DNA of 44,444 bases from Candidatus Fermentibacteraceae bacterium (GTDB taxonomy: Bacteria; Fermentibacterota; Fermentibacteria; Fermentibacterales; JCC-6), in NCBI GenBank assembly GCA_041686025.1, contig JAWLEP010000001.1, forward strand, positions 1 to 44,444. Direction: 5' to 3'. The translations under genes and the position numbers were made by a program. This document shows, piece after piece, positions 18,981 through 27,346 of this stretch; position 1 is the stretch's first letter, and every line of letters begins with the position of its first letter. Under the pieces are notes generated by a model that was not told where the DNA came from, searched no databases, and saw only the letters and a program-made list of their open reading frames with translations.

Positions 18981-19453
18981 TGGCTGACACCTCCATCCCC
19001 GTCCGAGCTCAGATCCTTCTCCATCCTCACGTGCGCTATGCCGGCCTCCATGAACTCCCCGCTCACGGTGCGCCATCCCCGCCGGCGGTAGAAGCCCTCC
19101 GCCGTCCTCTGGGCGTGGCACCAGACCCGGGGCAGGCCGTAACGGGCCGCCAGGTCCTCCAGCTCATCCATGACCCTGGTGCCCAGGCCCATGCCCCTGT
19201 ACGGCGCCAGAACTGCCACCCGGCCTATCTTTCCGTCCCGGTCCACGTCCAGCCTGCCGGTCGCCGCCGGGAGGCCGTCGGCCCGCAGAAGCACGTGGAC
19301 GCAGAAGTGGTCCCTGTGGTCGTGCTCGATCTCCCCGGGAACGTCCATGCCCCGGACGAAGACGCTGTCCCTGATGGCGGCGGCCTCCCGGCCCAGGGAT
19401 CCGTAGTCGCCGGTCTCCACCACCAGGTCCGGCCGGCCGCCGGCATCCGTCAC
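18977..19453 (-). CDS. GNAT acetyltransferase (ElaA/YjcF-like)
   Basis: IRDSVFV...VP.EIE.D..D, ATGRL, KIGRVAVL..YRGMGLG, HAQ..AEGFY, FMEAGIAHVRM. Confidence 0.92.
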   Translation of the reverse strand: MTDAGGRPDLVVETGDYGSLGREAAAIRDSVFVRGMDVPGEIEHDHRDHFCVHVLLRADGLPAATGRLDVDRDGKIGRVAVLAPYRGMGLGTRVMDELEDLAARYGLPRVWCHAQRTAEGFYRRRGWRTVSGEFMEAGIAHVRMEKDLSSDGDGGVSQ

Positions 19454-19932
19454 AGGTAGATCCTGGCCCCCAGCGCGGCGTCCATGTCCAGGTCCGTGTC
19501 CGGGACCAGGTCCACCACCGGCACCACCTCCAGGAATATCTCCACCGGGGCCTCCTCGAACAGGTAGGCGGCTCCCAGCGGGATGCGGACGCCCAGGCGG
19601 AAGTCGTCATCGTTCTCCTCGCCGGGGCCCTGGTTGTCTCTGTCCAGGATCACCAGCCTGCCGCCTACGCCGTAGTAGAGAGGAAGGCGGCCGTCGCCCG
19701 GGCCCAGCCCCACAATGCCGAAGTGGTGCATCAGGTAGTCGGCGTGCAGGTGGAAGCTCTCGTTCTCTTTCAGCGACCAGGCCGCCGCCAGGTCCAGGGC
19801 GGAGCTGGCTCCCAGCCATCTCTTGAGTGTGAGCCCGGTCGGGTTTCCGGCGATGACTCCGACCCCCAGGCCGTCCATGGAGGCCGATACGGCAAAGGCA
19901 AGGAGCATTGCGGCGAAAAGGGCAGTTCTCAT
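19450..19932 (-). CDS. Putative outer-membrane beta-barrel (DUF3996-like)
   Basis: Signal peptide; GLGVIAGNPTGLTLK, HLHADYL, LYYGVGGR, LGVRIPLG, EIFLEVVP, terminal GARIYL. Confidence 0.7.
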   Translation of the reverse strand: MRTALFAAMLLAFAVSASMDGLGVGVIAGNPTGLTLKRWLGASSALDLAAAWSLKENESFHLHADYLMHHFGIVGLGPGDGRLPLYYGVGGRLVILDRDNQGPGEENDDDFRLGVRIPLGAAYLFEEAPVEIFLEVVPVVDLVPDTDLDMDAALGARIYL

Positions 19933-20114
19933 CTGGTCTCTCCTCTCTGCAGTCGGAGTTTCCTGAATCTGTTCTATAATGACACGGCGCTCTGGGCTCC
20001 AGCCCCGGGATTGTCCCCATTCCGGGGAGGGCGTTGCCCCCAGCCCCCTGTAGGAAGATAATTCCCCGAAGACGGCAGGATGACCTGGGCCCGACAATAG
20101 AAGGGAGATTGCAC

Positions 20115-20849
20115 ATGGGAGTACGTCTGTTTGTTCCGGCGGCGCTGCTTGCGGCATCGCTGTCGGGGGCCGCCGACCTGGCGGAGTTCGCTCTGGTGGG
20201 CTTCTCCCGCGATGGAAGCCACGTGGCGTGGGAGGAGTACGGGGTCCAGGACGGCAGCGGCTTTCCCTGGGCCAGCCTCGCCGTGGTGGGGGCGGCGTCG
20301 GGGGAGACCGTCCTGGCCGACACGCTGCTGCTGAACCTCTACAGCGGCGGCTACCCGGAGCGGTGGGAGGACGAGCTGGACCTGGTGGGGATGCTGCGGG
20401 ACAGCGTGCGGACGCTGCTGGCCCCGGCTCTGGACAGCCTGGACATCGAGGAGGGCCGGACGGGGGTGGCGCTTCTCACCCGGCTTCCCACCGACGCCTC
20501 GCACTACCGCACCACGGAGTTCGTCCGCCAGTGGTGGGGGCCCGGGTACGCCAGGGGCCCGAGGTACATGCTGGAGCAGAGGTGCGATACGCTGGGGAGG
20601 GAGATGATGTACAACGCTCCCCTGGTCTCGCTGAGGCTGGTCCTGCGGGCTTCGGGGGAGGAGCTGGTCCTGGCCGATGACGGAGCCGACGGAGCCCCCA
20701 GGGCCTACTGGTACCGTATCCGCGGGGTCCACATGTACGGCGACAGCACGCTGGCGGTGGTGCTGTCCAAGGGACTTCCGGGCTTCGAGGGGCCGGACAC
20801 CAGGTGGCGGGTGGTGGCCCGGGTGCTTCCGGAGGAGCTTCGGCCCTAG
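20115..20849 (+). CDS. DUF2259 family secreted protein
   Basis: Signal peptide then GFSRDG..VAWEEYGVQDGSGFPWA, late GFEGPD.R motif; GGGAG SD before ATG 20115. Confidence 0.75.
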   Translation: MGVRLFVPAALLAASLSGAADLAEFALVGFSRDGSHVAWEEYGVQDGSGFPWASLAVVGAASGETVLADTLLLNLYSGGYPERWEDELDLVGMLRDSVRTLLAPALDSLDIEEGRTGVALLTRLPTDASHYRTTEFVRQWWGPGYARGPRYMLEQRCDTLGREMMYNAPLVSLRLVLRASGEELVLADDGADGAPRAYWYRIRGVHMYGDSTLAVVLSKGLPGFEGPDTRWRVVARVLPEELRP

Positions 20850-21343
20850 CGGAGGGTCTTCAGGACCTCCAGGTTCTCCAGGGCCCGGGAGCGGTCCGGG
20901 TCCGGCAGCTCGGGCACCTCTCCTATGGAGCTCACATACTCTTCGGGGAAGCCATGGTAGCGGGCCCCCGCCAGTACCAGGCTCTTGTACCATCCGTAGG
21001 GGCGCAGGCCTTCGTCTATCCCGTCCTCCATGGCCACGTAGGCCTCGGCCATGCGGGCCTCCGGGCTGTCCAGCACCCGAAGCCCCAGCCTGACGTAGCT
21101 GACGTACAGCCCCTCTATGGCGTCGAGCCGCGACCAGCCTTCCCCGTCCAGACGGTAGAGGGCGCCGTAGGCGCAGGCCCCCGCTTCCGGGGGGATGTCG
21201 CACTTGGCCGACCCGTCAGATCCGGCGAGACGGAAGGCCAGCCTCCGGCCGGGTATGCGGCAGGCTCCCACCAGCCGGGCGCCGGGGATGCGGGCCCGGA
21301 GACGGGCGGGGAGGAGGTTCGATCCGTACGCCAGATAGAGCAT
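20846..21343 (-). CDS. Gamma-glutamylcyclotransferase family protein
   Basis: MLYLAYGSNL, DGSAKCDI, GALYRL, LDAIEG, PYGWYK.LV.AGA..HGFP.EY. Confidence 0.88.
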   Translation of the reverse strand: MLYLAYGSNLLPARLRARIPGARLVGACRIPGRRLAFRLAGSDGSAKCDIPPEAGACAYGALYRLDGEGWSRLDAIEGLYVSYVRLGLRVLDSPEARMAEAYVAMEDGIDEGLRPYGWYKSLVLAGARYHGFPEEYVSSIGEVPELPDPDRSRALENLEVLKTLR

Positions 21344-21463
21344 GGTGCGCCTTCCCGGATCTGGGGCCCTGTCAACGGCTGGAATATAAGGCCGGTCCCT
21401 TCGGTGAAAACCCGCAGATGAACGGTATGGACGGCCGTCGCGGACGTCTCGGCCCGGACAATG

Positions 21464-21516
21464 CCATACGAACCCGAGCGGACAAATGGGAGATATGCCC
21501 ACTCGGACTCGTATGG
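21464..21516 (-). repeat. 24-bp imperfect inverted repeat (hairpin favoured on minus strand)
   Basis: Arms 21464-21487 and 21493-21516 match at 19/24; four of five mismatches become G-U pairs on the minus strand. Confidence 0.7.
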
Positions 21517-21609
21517 AATTACATGTGCCATAGTGCCTTGTAAGATCGGGTGGCCGCGGCCTCCGGCGAAGGCGTTTCCATATCAGCTCAATCGCCCCGG
21601 GGAAGGGGG

Positions 21610-21639
21610 TTGACGCCAGCGTCTCCCATGCCATCTAAT
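21610..21639 (+). promoter_or_regulatory. Candidate promoter of hydrogenase operon
   Basis: TTGACG (21610-21615) - 18 nt - TCTAAT (21634-21639), just upstream of the structured leader. Confidence 0.45.
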
Positions 21640-21656
21640 TCAGCCATTGAGCCAGG

Positions 21657-21737
21657 GCCCGTCGGTTGCAAGAGGCCGCCAGTGCCGGAGCCGACGGGCG
21701 ACACGAGCCGCTAATGGGAGGGATTATGCTCGGCTCC
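21657..21737 (+). ncRNA. Riboswitch-like cis-regulatory leader (candidate Na+-I/DUF1646-like aptamer with alternative pairing)
   Basis: Stem GCCCGTCGG/CCGACGGGC enclosing TTG...AGTGCCG; GGAGCCGA (21687-21694) can instead pair with TCGGCTCC (21730-21737); class assignment is from memory only. Confidence 0.45.
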
Positions 21738-21886
21738 AACCTGCTGCACCGACACTTGCCACGGCTTCCCCGGTGCCTTCAGACCGAGTACTGTTTTTCG
21801 GCGGGACCCGCCTGATCCGCTAGTCCGCTGTCTTCTCTTCCTGCGGCAAGAGACCGGCTGGGTGGCAAGCCGGAAGGGCGCTGCAT

Positions 21887-22936
21887 TTGGAACGCAGGGG
21901 CCTGCTGGATGAAAAGGGGCTTACAGCCCTGCTGGAGGTTCTGACCAGGGAGTACCGGGTTGTGGCTCCGGTTCCCCTGGAAGGTGGTGCCTACGGTCTA
22001 GCCCCGCTCTCCGAAGCGGATCCGTCCAAGGTAGACCTGGCCGGAGTACGTCCCTACCAGCCCATGAAGTCCTTCTTCCTCAAACCCCGTCAGCGGGTTG
22101 CATACGACTACCAGACCCGCGTGCCGCAGGCCGACGGGAAGCCCTTCTGCCTCCTGGGAGCAAAGGCCTGCGACCTCGAGGGAATGGCCGTGCAGGACGC
22201 GGTCTTCCTCGAGGGCGAGTTCCGCGACCCGTTCTACGGGGCGGCCCGGGAGCGCAACCTGGTGATCACCTCCGACTGCGGCTTTGCCGCCGACACCTGC
22301 TTCTGTACCGCCATGGGGGGCGCGCCCTACGCGGAGAAGGGATTCGACCTGAACATCACCGTCCTGCCCGGCAGCTGGCTGCTGGAGGCCGGCTCGTCGG
22401 CCGGGGAGAGCCTCATGGACCGGCTGGGAGAGCACGTACGGCCGGCGGACGAGGAGTCCCTGGATATACGCCGGCACCAGAGGGACCGGGTCAGCGCCGA
22501 GGTCCGCAAGGGTGTTGACGAGTCCGGCGTCCCCGACACCGGCAGGCTGGACGGCGTGATCATGAAGGCCTACGAGAGCCCGGTCTGGAAGGACGAGGCC
22601 GACCGGTGCGTCGAGTGCGGCGCCTGCAACACCGTCTGCCCCACCTGTCACTGCTTCCTCCTCTACGACCAGATGCTCCAGGCCGGGGAGGAGATGGAGA
22701 AGCTGCGGGTCTGGGACTCCTGCCTGCTGAAGGGCTTCGCCCGGGTAGCCGGGGGGGAGAATCCCCGTCCCGAGCTGTGGATGAGGCTGCGCAACAGGTT
22801 CGAGAAGAAGTTCGACTTCTTCCCGAGGACCGAGGACATATACGCTTGCACGGGATGCGGAAGGTGCATCGCGGCCTGCCCGGCCGAGATCGACATCCGC
22901 GAGGTACTCCGAAGGCTGGTGGAAGATGCGCGATAG
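21887..22936 (+). CDS. 4Fe-4S protein, sulfhydrogenase beta (HydB)/AsrA-like
   Basis: GAKACDL, CFCTAMG, CVECGACNTVCPTCHCF, R.WDSC, GGENPR, CTGCGRCIAACP. Confidence 0.9.
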   Translation: MERRGLLDEKGLTALLEVLTREYRVVAPVPLEGGAYGLAPLSEADPSKVDLAGVRPYQPMKSFFLKPRQRVAYDYQTRVPQADGKPFCLLGAKACDLEGMAVQDAVFLEGEFRDPFYGAARERNLVITSDCGFAADTCFCTAMGGAPYAEKGFDLNITVLPGSWLLEAGSSAGESLMDRLGEHVRPADEESLDIRRHQRDRVSAEVRKGVDESGVPDTGRLDGVIMKAYESPVWKDEADRCVECGACNTVCPTCHCFLLYDQMLQAGEEMEKLRVWDSCLLKGFARVAGGENPRPELWMRLRNRFEKKFDFFPRTEDIYACTGCGRCIAACPAEIDIREVLRRLVEDAR

Positions 22937-23747
22937 GAACCCCTACGGACTTGTGGAGGCGGAGGTGGAGGAGATGGTCCGGGAGACCCCCACCATCTCC
23001 ACCGTGCGGATGCGCCCCCGGGAGGCGATACCGTTCGAGCCCGGGCAGTTCATCCAGCTCACCGTACCCGGGGAGGGGGAGGCGCCCTTCACTCCCTCAT
23101 CCCACTACGCCAAGACCGATCTGATGGACGTGAGCGTGATGAAGGTGGGCCGGGTCACCGAGCGTATCCACGCCCTGCAGCCGGGAGACAAGGTGGGCCT
23201 GCGCGGTCCCTTCGGAAGCGGATACCCGCTGGAGGACTTCAAGGGCCACGAGGTCCTGGTGGTGGGCGGCGGCTGCGGGTTCGCACCGCTGAGGGCGCTG
23301 ATGTACGGCCTCTTCGACATAGTCGACGACCTCGAGCAGCTAACCTTCCGGGGAGGCTGCCGGACCCCCGGCGAGCTGGTCTTCCACGACGAGATGGAGG
23401 ACTGGAAGGACCGCGACGACCTCAACCTCCGGCTGACGGTGGACCGGGGCGACGAATCCTGGAAGGGCAACGTGGGGGTGGTGACCACCATCCTCGACGA
23501 CGTGGAGATGGACTTTCCCGACGCCATCGGAGTTGTGTGCGGTCCTCCCATCATGATGAAGTTCGCCACCATGAAGCTGCTGGAGATGGGATTCGCCGAC
23601 GAGCACATCTACCTGTCCATGGAGAAGAACATGTCCTGCGCGGTGGGCATGTGCGGTCACTGCAGGCTGGGCCCCTACTACTGCTGCACGGACGGCCCGG
23701 TCTTCCAGTACAGCCGGATCAAGGGGCTATCGGGGATATGGGACTAG
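22926..23747 (+). CDS. FAD/NAD(P)-binding 2Fe-2S subunit, sulfhydrogenase gamma (HydG)/AsrB-like
   Basis: PGQF, GEAPFT, RGPFG, GGGCGFAPLR, CGPPIMM, MSCAVGMCGHC...CTDGPVF. Confidence 0.92.
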   Translation: MRDRNPYGLVEAEVEEMVRETPTISTVRMRPREAIPFEPGQFIQLTVPGEGEAPFTPSSHYAKTDLMDVSVMKVGRVTERIHALQPGDKVGLRGPFGSGYPLEDFKGHEVLVVGGGCGFAPLRALMYGLFDIVDDLEQLTFRGGCRTPGELVFHDEMEDWKDRDDLNLRLTVDRGDESWKGNVGVVTTILDDVEMDFPDAIGVVCGPPIMMKFATMKLLEMGFADEHIYLSMEKNMSCAVGMCGHCRLGPYYCCTDGPVFQYSRIKGLSGIWD

Positions 23748-23749
23748 GC

Positions 23750-24313
23750 ATGGAGAGAGCGACGAACAGCGCCGAGCAGCTGCACCACGGCCGGCTGGAG
23801 ACCGAGCCCCCGGCCGGCCCCGACATGAGGCTCTACATCGACCTCGACATCTGCTCGGAGAAGTGCGGCGAGTGCGAGATAAGCTGCAGCTACTTCTACC
23901 ATCCGGAGAACAACGGGATAATCTCGGTGGCCGAGCTGGCCACCTACGCCCTGGTGTGCAGGCGGTGCGACGACCCCCACTGCGTGGCGGCGTGCCCGAA
24001 GGACGCCCTGGAGCAGCAGGAGGACCTCGACGACATGCTGGTCCGGCACTCCATGCGCTGCATATCCTGCCGGTCCTGCTCCCACGCCTGTCCCTACGGC
24101 ACCATCTATCCCGAGCTGGTCCCCCAGCTGGCCCACGTCTGCGACTACTGCCTTGACCGCAGGGAGGACCAGGGCGAGCCGCTGTGCATAGCCACCTGCC
24201 CGTACGACGCGCTGAAGCTGATGCCGGGCGATGCGGAGCTGGATGAGAACACGTTCCTCGTGGGCGGAAACCTGATAGTGCACTCCACGCACTGGGACAG
24301 GGAGAAGGCATGA
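23750..24313 (+). CDS. Multi-4Fe-4S ferredoxin-like subunit (HydN/CooF/DmsB-like)
   Basis: C..KCGECEISC, CRRCDDPHCVAACP, CISCRSCSHACPYG, CDYC...PLCIATCP. Confidence 0.85.
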   Translation: MERATNSAEQLHHGRLETEPPAGPDMRLYIDLDICSEKCGECEISCSYFYHPENNGIISVAELATYALVCRRCDDPHCVAACPKDALEQQEDLDDMLVRHSMRCISCRSCSHACPYGTIYPELVPQLAHVCDYCLDRREDQGEPLCIATCPYDALKLMPGDAELDENTFLVGGNLIVHSTHWDREKA

Positions 24314-25236
24314 TCGAGGCTTACTACCTAATTGCGCTGGGCTTCGGCGCCACCGCTGCCCTGGGCCTGGCCGCCAGCTGGATAGACCGCAAGGTCACGG
24401 CCAGGCTGCAGTACAGGGTGGGGCCTCCGCTGCTGCAGCCCCTCACCGACCTGGTGAAGCTGATGGGAAAGGAGACAACGGTACCCTCCACCGCCACCCG
24501 CCCGGTCTTCTTCGCCGCGCCCCTGACGGGGCTGTCGGCGGTGATGGTGGCCTCGGCGGTCGTATGGGCGGCAAACGCCAACGCCCAGTCCGGGTTCGTG
24601 GGCGACTGGATCGTGCTGATATACCTGCTGGTGATGCCGTCGCTGGCCATGATCGCCGCCGGCTTCGCTTCCGGCAATCCGGTGGCCAGCCTGGGAGCCT
24701 CCCGGGAGATGAAGCTGGTCCTCTCCTACGAGCTGCCCTTCGTCCTCGCGCTGCTGGTTCCGGTCATCCACCACCCCGACAATGCCATACGGCTGGGGGC
24801 GCTGGTGGAGATGCAGAGGGCCTCGGGAGCGGTGGCCGGCAGCCTGTCCGGCCTGCTGGCCCTGCTGGTGGTCATCCTGGTCACCCAGGCCAAGCTGGCC
24901 CTGGTACCCTTCGACATTCCCGAAGCGGAGACCGAGCTGGCCGAGGGCCCTCTGATCGAGTACTCCGGTCCTCTGCTGGGCACGTTCCGCCTGATGAGGA
25001 ACATGATGCTCTTCCTTCTGCCCTTCGTGGCCGTCACCCTGTACTGGGGGGGAGCCAGCCTCAGCGGCTGGGGCTTCCTCTGGGCCTTCCTCAAGGTGGT
25101 GGCCCTGGTTGCGGTTACAACTGTCATACGAAACACGAACCCCCGCGTTCGAATAGACCAGGCGATGCGGTTCTTCTGGGGCCCGGTTACGGTGCTGGCA
25201 GCGGCCTCGGTGGTTCTCGCCCTGGCGGGCGCATGA
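24310..25236 (+). CDS. Hydrogenase membrane anchor subunit (NuoH/HycD/MbhM-like)
   Basis: DRKVTARLQYRVGPPLLQP..D..KL..KE, GASRE, PFDIPEAETEL.EG..IEYSG, PRVRIDQ. Confidence 0.93.
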   Translation: MIEAYYLIALGFGATAALGLAASWIDRKVTARLQYRVGPPLLQPLTDLVKLMGKETTVPSTATRPVFFAAPLTGLSAVMVASAVVWAANANAQSGFVGDWIVLIYLLVMPSLAMIAAGFASGNPVASLGASREMKLVLSYELPFVLALLVPVIHHPDNAIRLGALVEMQRASGAVAGSLSGLLALLVVILVTQAKLALVPFDIPEAETELAEGPLIEYSGPLLGTFRLMRNMMLFLLPFVAVTLYWGGASLSGWGFLWAFLKVVALVAVTTVIRNTNPRVRIDQAMRFFWGPVTVLAAASVVLALAGA

Positions 25237-25258
25237 TGGAAACGGAGGTGGCCGGCTG

Positions 25259-25690
25259 ATGGGGCTCAAGCTTAAGGCGCTTCTGAAATCGCCCTGGGTT
25301 TTCCACCTCTCCACCGGCAGCTGCAACAACTGCGACATCGAGGTTCTGGACTGCCTTACGCCCAGGTTCGACATCGAGCGTTTCGGAATGCTGCTGAAGG
25401 GCAGCATCCGCCACGCCGACGTCCTTCTGGTCACCGGCTCCTGCAACCGGATGTCGGCCGAGAGGCTGAAGACCCTCTACGAGCAGGTTCCCAAGCCCTG
25501 CCTGGTGGTGGCCATAGGGGAGTGCGCGCTCTCCCGGGGGATGTTCATCCACAGCTACAACTGTCCGGTCCCGCTGGACCACATCATTCCGGTGGACGTC
25601 TACATACCCGGCTGCCCGCCGAAGCCGGAGGCGGTAATCGCGGGCGTTGTCAAGCTGATAGAGAAGGTTGGAGGCAAGAAAGGTGACTGA
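25259..25690 (+). CDS. Group 4 [NiFe]-hydrogenase small subunit (NuoB/HycG/MbhJ-like)
   Basis: GSCNNCDIE (CxxC, hydrogenase type), RHADVLLVTG, AIGECA, PVDVYIPGCPPKPEA. Confidence 0.94.
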   Translation: MGLKLKALLKSPWVFHLSTGSCNNCDIEVLDCLTPRFDIERFGMLLKGSIRHADVLLVTGSCNRMSAERLKTLYEQVPKPCLVVAIGECALSRGMFIHSYNCPVPLDHIIPVDVYIPGCPPKPEAVIAGVVKLIEKVGGKKGD

Positions 25691-26159
25691 CCGGGCCGCT
25701 GTACTTCGGGATATCACCGAGAGGTTCTCCGGCGATATCCAGCGACTGGACGACGTCTCCCACAAGCGGGTCTACATCGACATCGAGACCGGCGCGCTGG
25801 TGAAGATGGCGCTCTACCTGTTCAGGCAGGTGGGGGCCCGGTTCAACATCGCTTCCGGGGTGGACTGCCGCAGCCACATCGAGATCCTCTACCACTTCAC
25901 CCTGGAGGACATCAACCTGATGATCTCGCTGCGGGTCAGGCTGGACCGCGAGAAGCCGGTGGTGGACTCGCTGACCCCCTACATCAAGGCCACCGACTGG
26001 ATCGAGCGGGAGATGAACGAGCTGCTGGGCATAGAGTTCACGGGCCATCCCGACATGAGGCGCCTGCTGCTGGCCGATGTCTGGCCCAAGGGCGTCTACC
26101 CGCTCCGGGCGGACTACGAGGAGTGGGACGACAGCGCCGTGCGGGACAGGGGGGTGTGA
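25683..26159 (+). CDS. NuoC/MbhK-like subunit
   Basis: SGVD, EILYHF, WIEREMNELLGIEF.GHPD.RRLLL...WP...YPLR. Confidence 0.92.
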   Translation: MTDRAAVLRDITERFSGDIQRLDDVSHKRVYIDIETGALVKMALYLFRQVGARFNIASGVDCRSHIEILYHFTLEDINLMISLRVRLDREKPVVDSLTPYIKATDWIEREMNELLGIEFTGHPDMRRLLLADVWPKGVYPLRADYEEWDDSAVRDRGV

Positions 26160-27346
26160 TGGGCAAGAGGACTACCATACCGATAGGGCCGTTCCATCCC
26201 CTGCAGGAGGAGCCGGAGTTCTTTACCCTCACCGTGGAGGGCGAGCGGGTGGTGGACATCGACGTCCGGATAGGCTGGAACCACCGGGGCATCGAGAAGC
26301 TCTCCGAGCGCAAGAACTTCGACCAGAGCACCTTCGTCATCGAGCGGATCTGCGGCATCTGCTCCACGAGCCATCCCTTCGCCTACACCATGGCGGTGGA
26401 GGACGTGATGCAGCTGGAGGTACCCGACCGGGCCAAGTACATCCGCACCATCATCGCCGAGGGGGAGAGGATCCACTCCCACCTGCTGTGGGCCGGCCTG
26501 GCGGGCCACTTCCTGGGCTACAACACGGTCTTCATGTGGGTCTGGAAAGCCCGCGAGGAGATACTGGACGTGATGGAGATGCTCTCGGGCAACCGCAACA
26601 ACTACGCAATGTTCAAGCCCGGGGGCGTCCGCCGCGACATAGACGCCGACGTGATAAAGCCCTGTCTGGCCAAGCTGGACAGGATCGAGGCCACCCTGGA
26701 CCTGGTCCGCAAGGCTGTAGAGGACGACCCGGTCCTGCAGGCCAGGACCAAGGGCGTGGGGGTGCTCACCCTGCAGGACGTCATCGACTACAGCGCCCTG
26801 GGGCCCACCTCGAGGGCCTCGGGACTGGCCCGGGACGTCCGCAAGGACAGTCCCTACGCCGCATACCCCATGCTTGACTGGCAGATGATCACCACCGAGA
26901 ACGGCGACGTCTACGACAAGGTGATCCTCCGGGTGCTGGAGCTGTACGAGTCGATCTCCATCCTCAGGCAGGCCCTTCCCAACCTGCCCGGCGGGGAGAT
27001 AGACGCCAACATCAAGTCGGTGCCTCCCGGGGAGGGCGTGGGTCACGCCGAGGCTCCCCGGGGAGAGGTATTCCACTACGTGCGCAGCGACGGGACCAAC
27101 CGGCCGGTGCGCCACAAGGTCCGGGCCCCCACCTTCATGAACCTGCCCACCTACCGGGAGTCGGTGGTGGGGGAGACCATCGCCGACGCCACCATAATCC
27201 TGGCCGCCATAGACCCCTGCTACTGCTGCACCGAGAGGGTGGCGGTGGTGGACGGCCGGGGCCGCAGGCTCCACGACGGAACCGACCTCGTGGAGATGTC
27301 CCGGGCCAAGACCGAGCGGCTGAGAAGGGAGATGGGAGGGGCATGA
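26159..27346 (+). CDS. Group 4 [NiFe]-hydrogenase large (catalytic) subunit
   Basis: IGPFHP..EEP, HRGIEK, L1 ERICGICS..H, EAPRGE, R.PT..N, L2 DPCYCCTER followed by a ~35 aa cleavable tail. Confidence 0.95.
   Translation: MGKRTTIPIGPFHPLQEEPEFFTLTVEGERVVDIDVRIGWNHRGIEKLSERKNFDQSTFVIERICGICSTSHPFAYTMAVEDVMQLEVPDRAKYIRTIIAEGERIHSHLLWAGLAGHFLGYNTVFMWVWKAREEILDVMEMLSGNRNNYAMFKPGGVRRDIDADVIKPCLAKLDRIEATLDLVRKAVEDDPVLQARTKGVGVLTLQDVIDYSALGPTSRASGLARDVRKDSPYAAYPMLDWQMITTENGDVYDKVILRVLELYESISILRQALPNLPGGEIDANIKSVPPGEGVGHAEAPRGEVFHYVRSDGTNRPVRHKVRAPTFMNLPTYRESVVGETIADATIILAAIDPCYCCTERVAVVDGRGRRLHDGTDLVEMSRAKTERLRREMGGA

Noticed and set aside
21887..23747. Anaerobic sulfite reductase or soluble group 3b sulfhydrogenase
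   Set aside because: No AsrC siroheme subunit and no group 3b HydD/HydA adjacent; genes run directly into the group 4 operon
25233..25259. 8-codon mini-ORF MMETEVAG bridging nuoH-like stop and nuoB-like start
   Set aside because: Most simply a by-product of the GGAGGTG SD spacer; too short to support
27211..27240. Selenocysteine ([NiFeSe]) recoding in the hydrogenase L2 motif
   Set aside because: All ligand codons are TGC; no in-frame TGA
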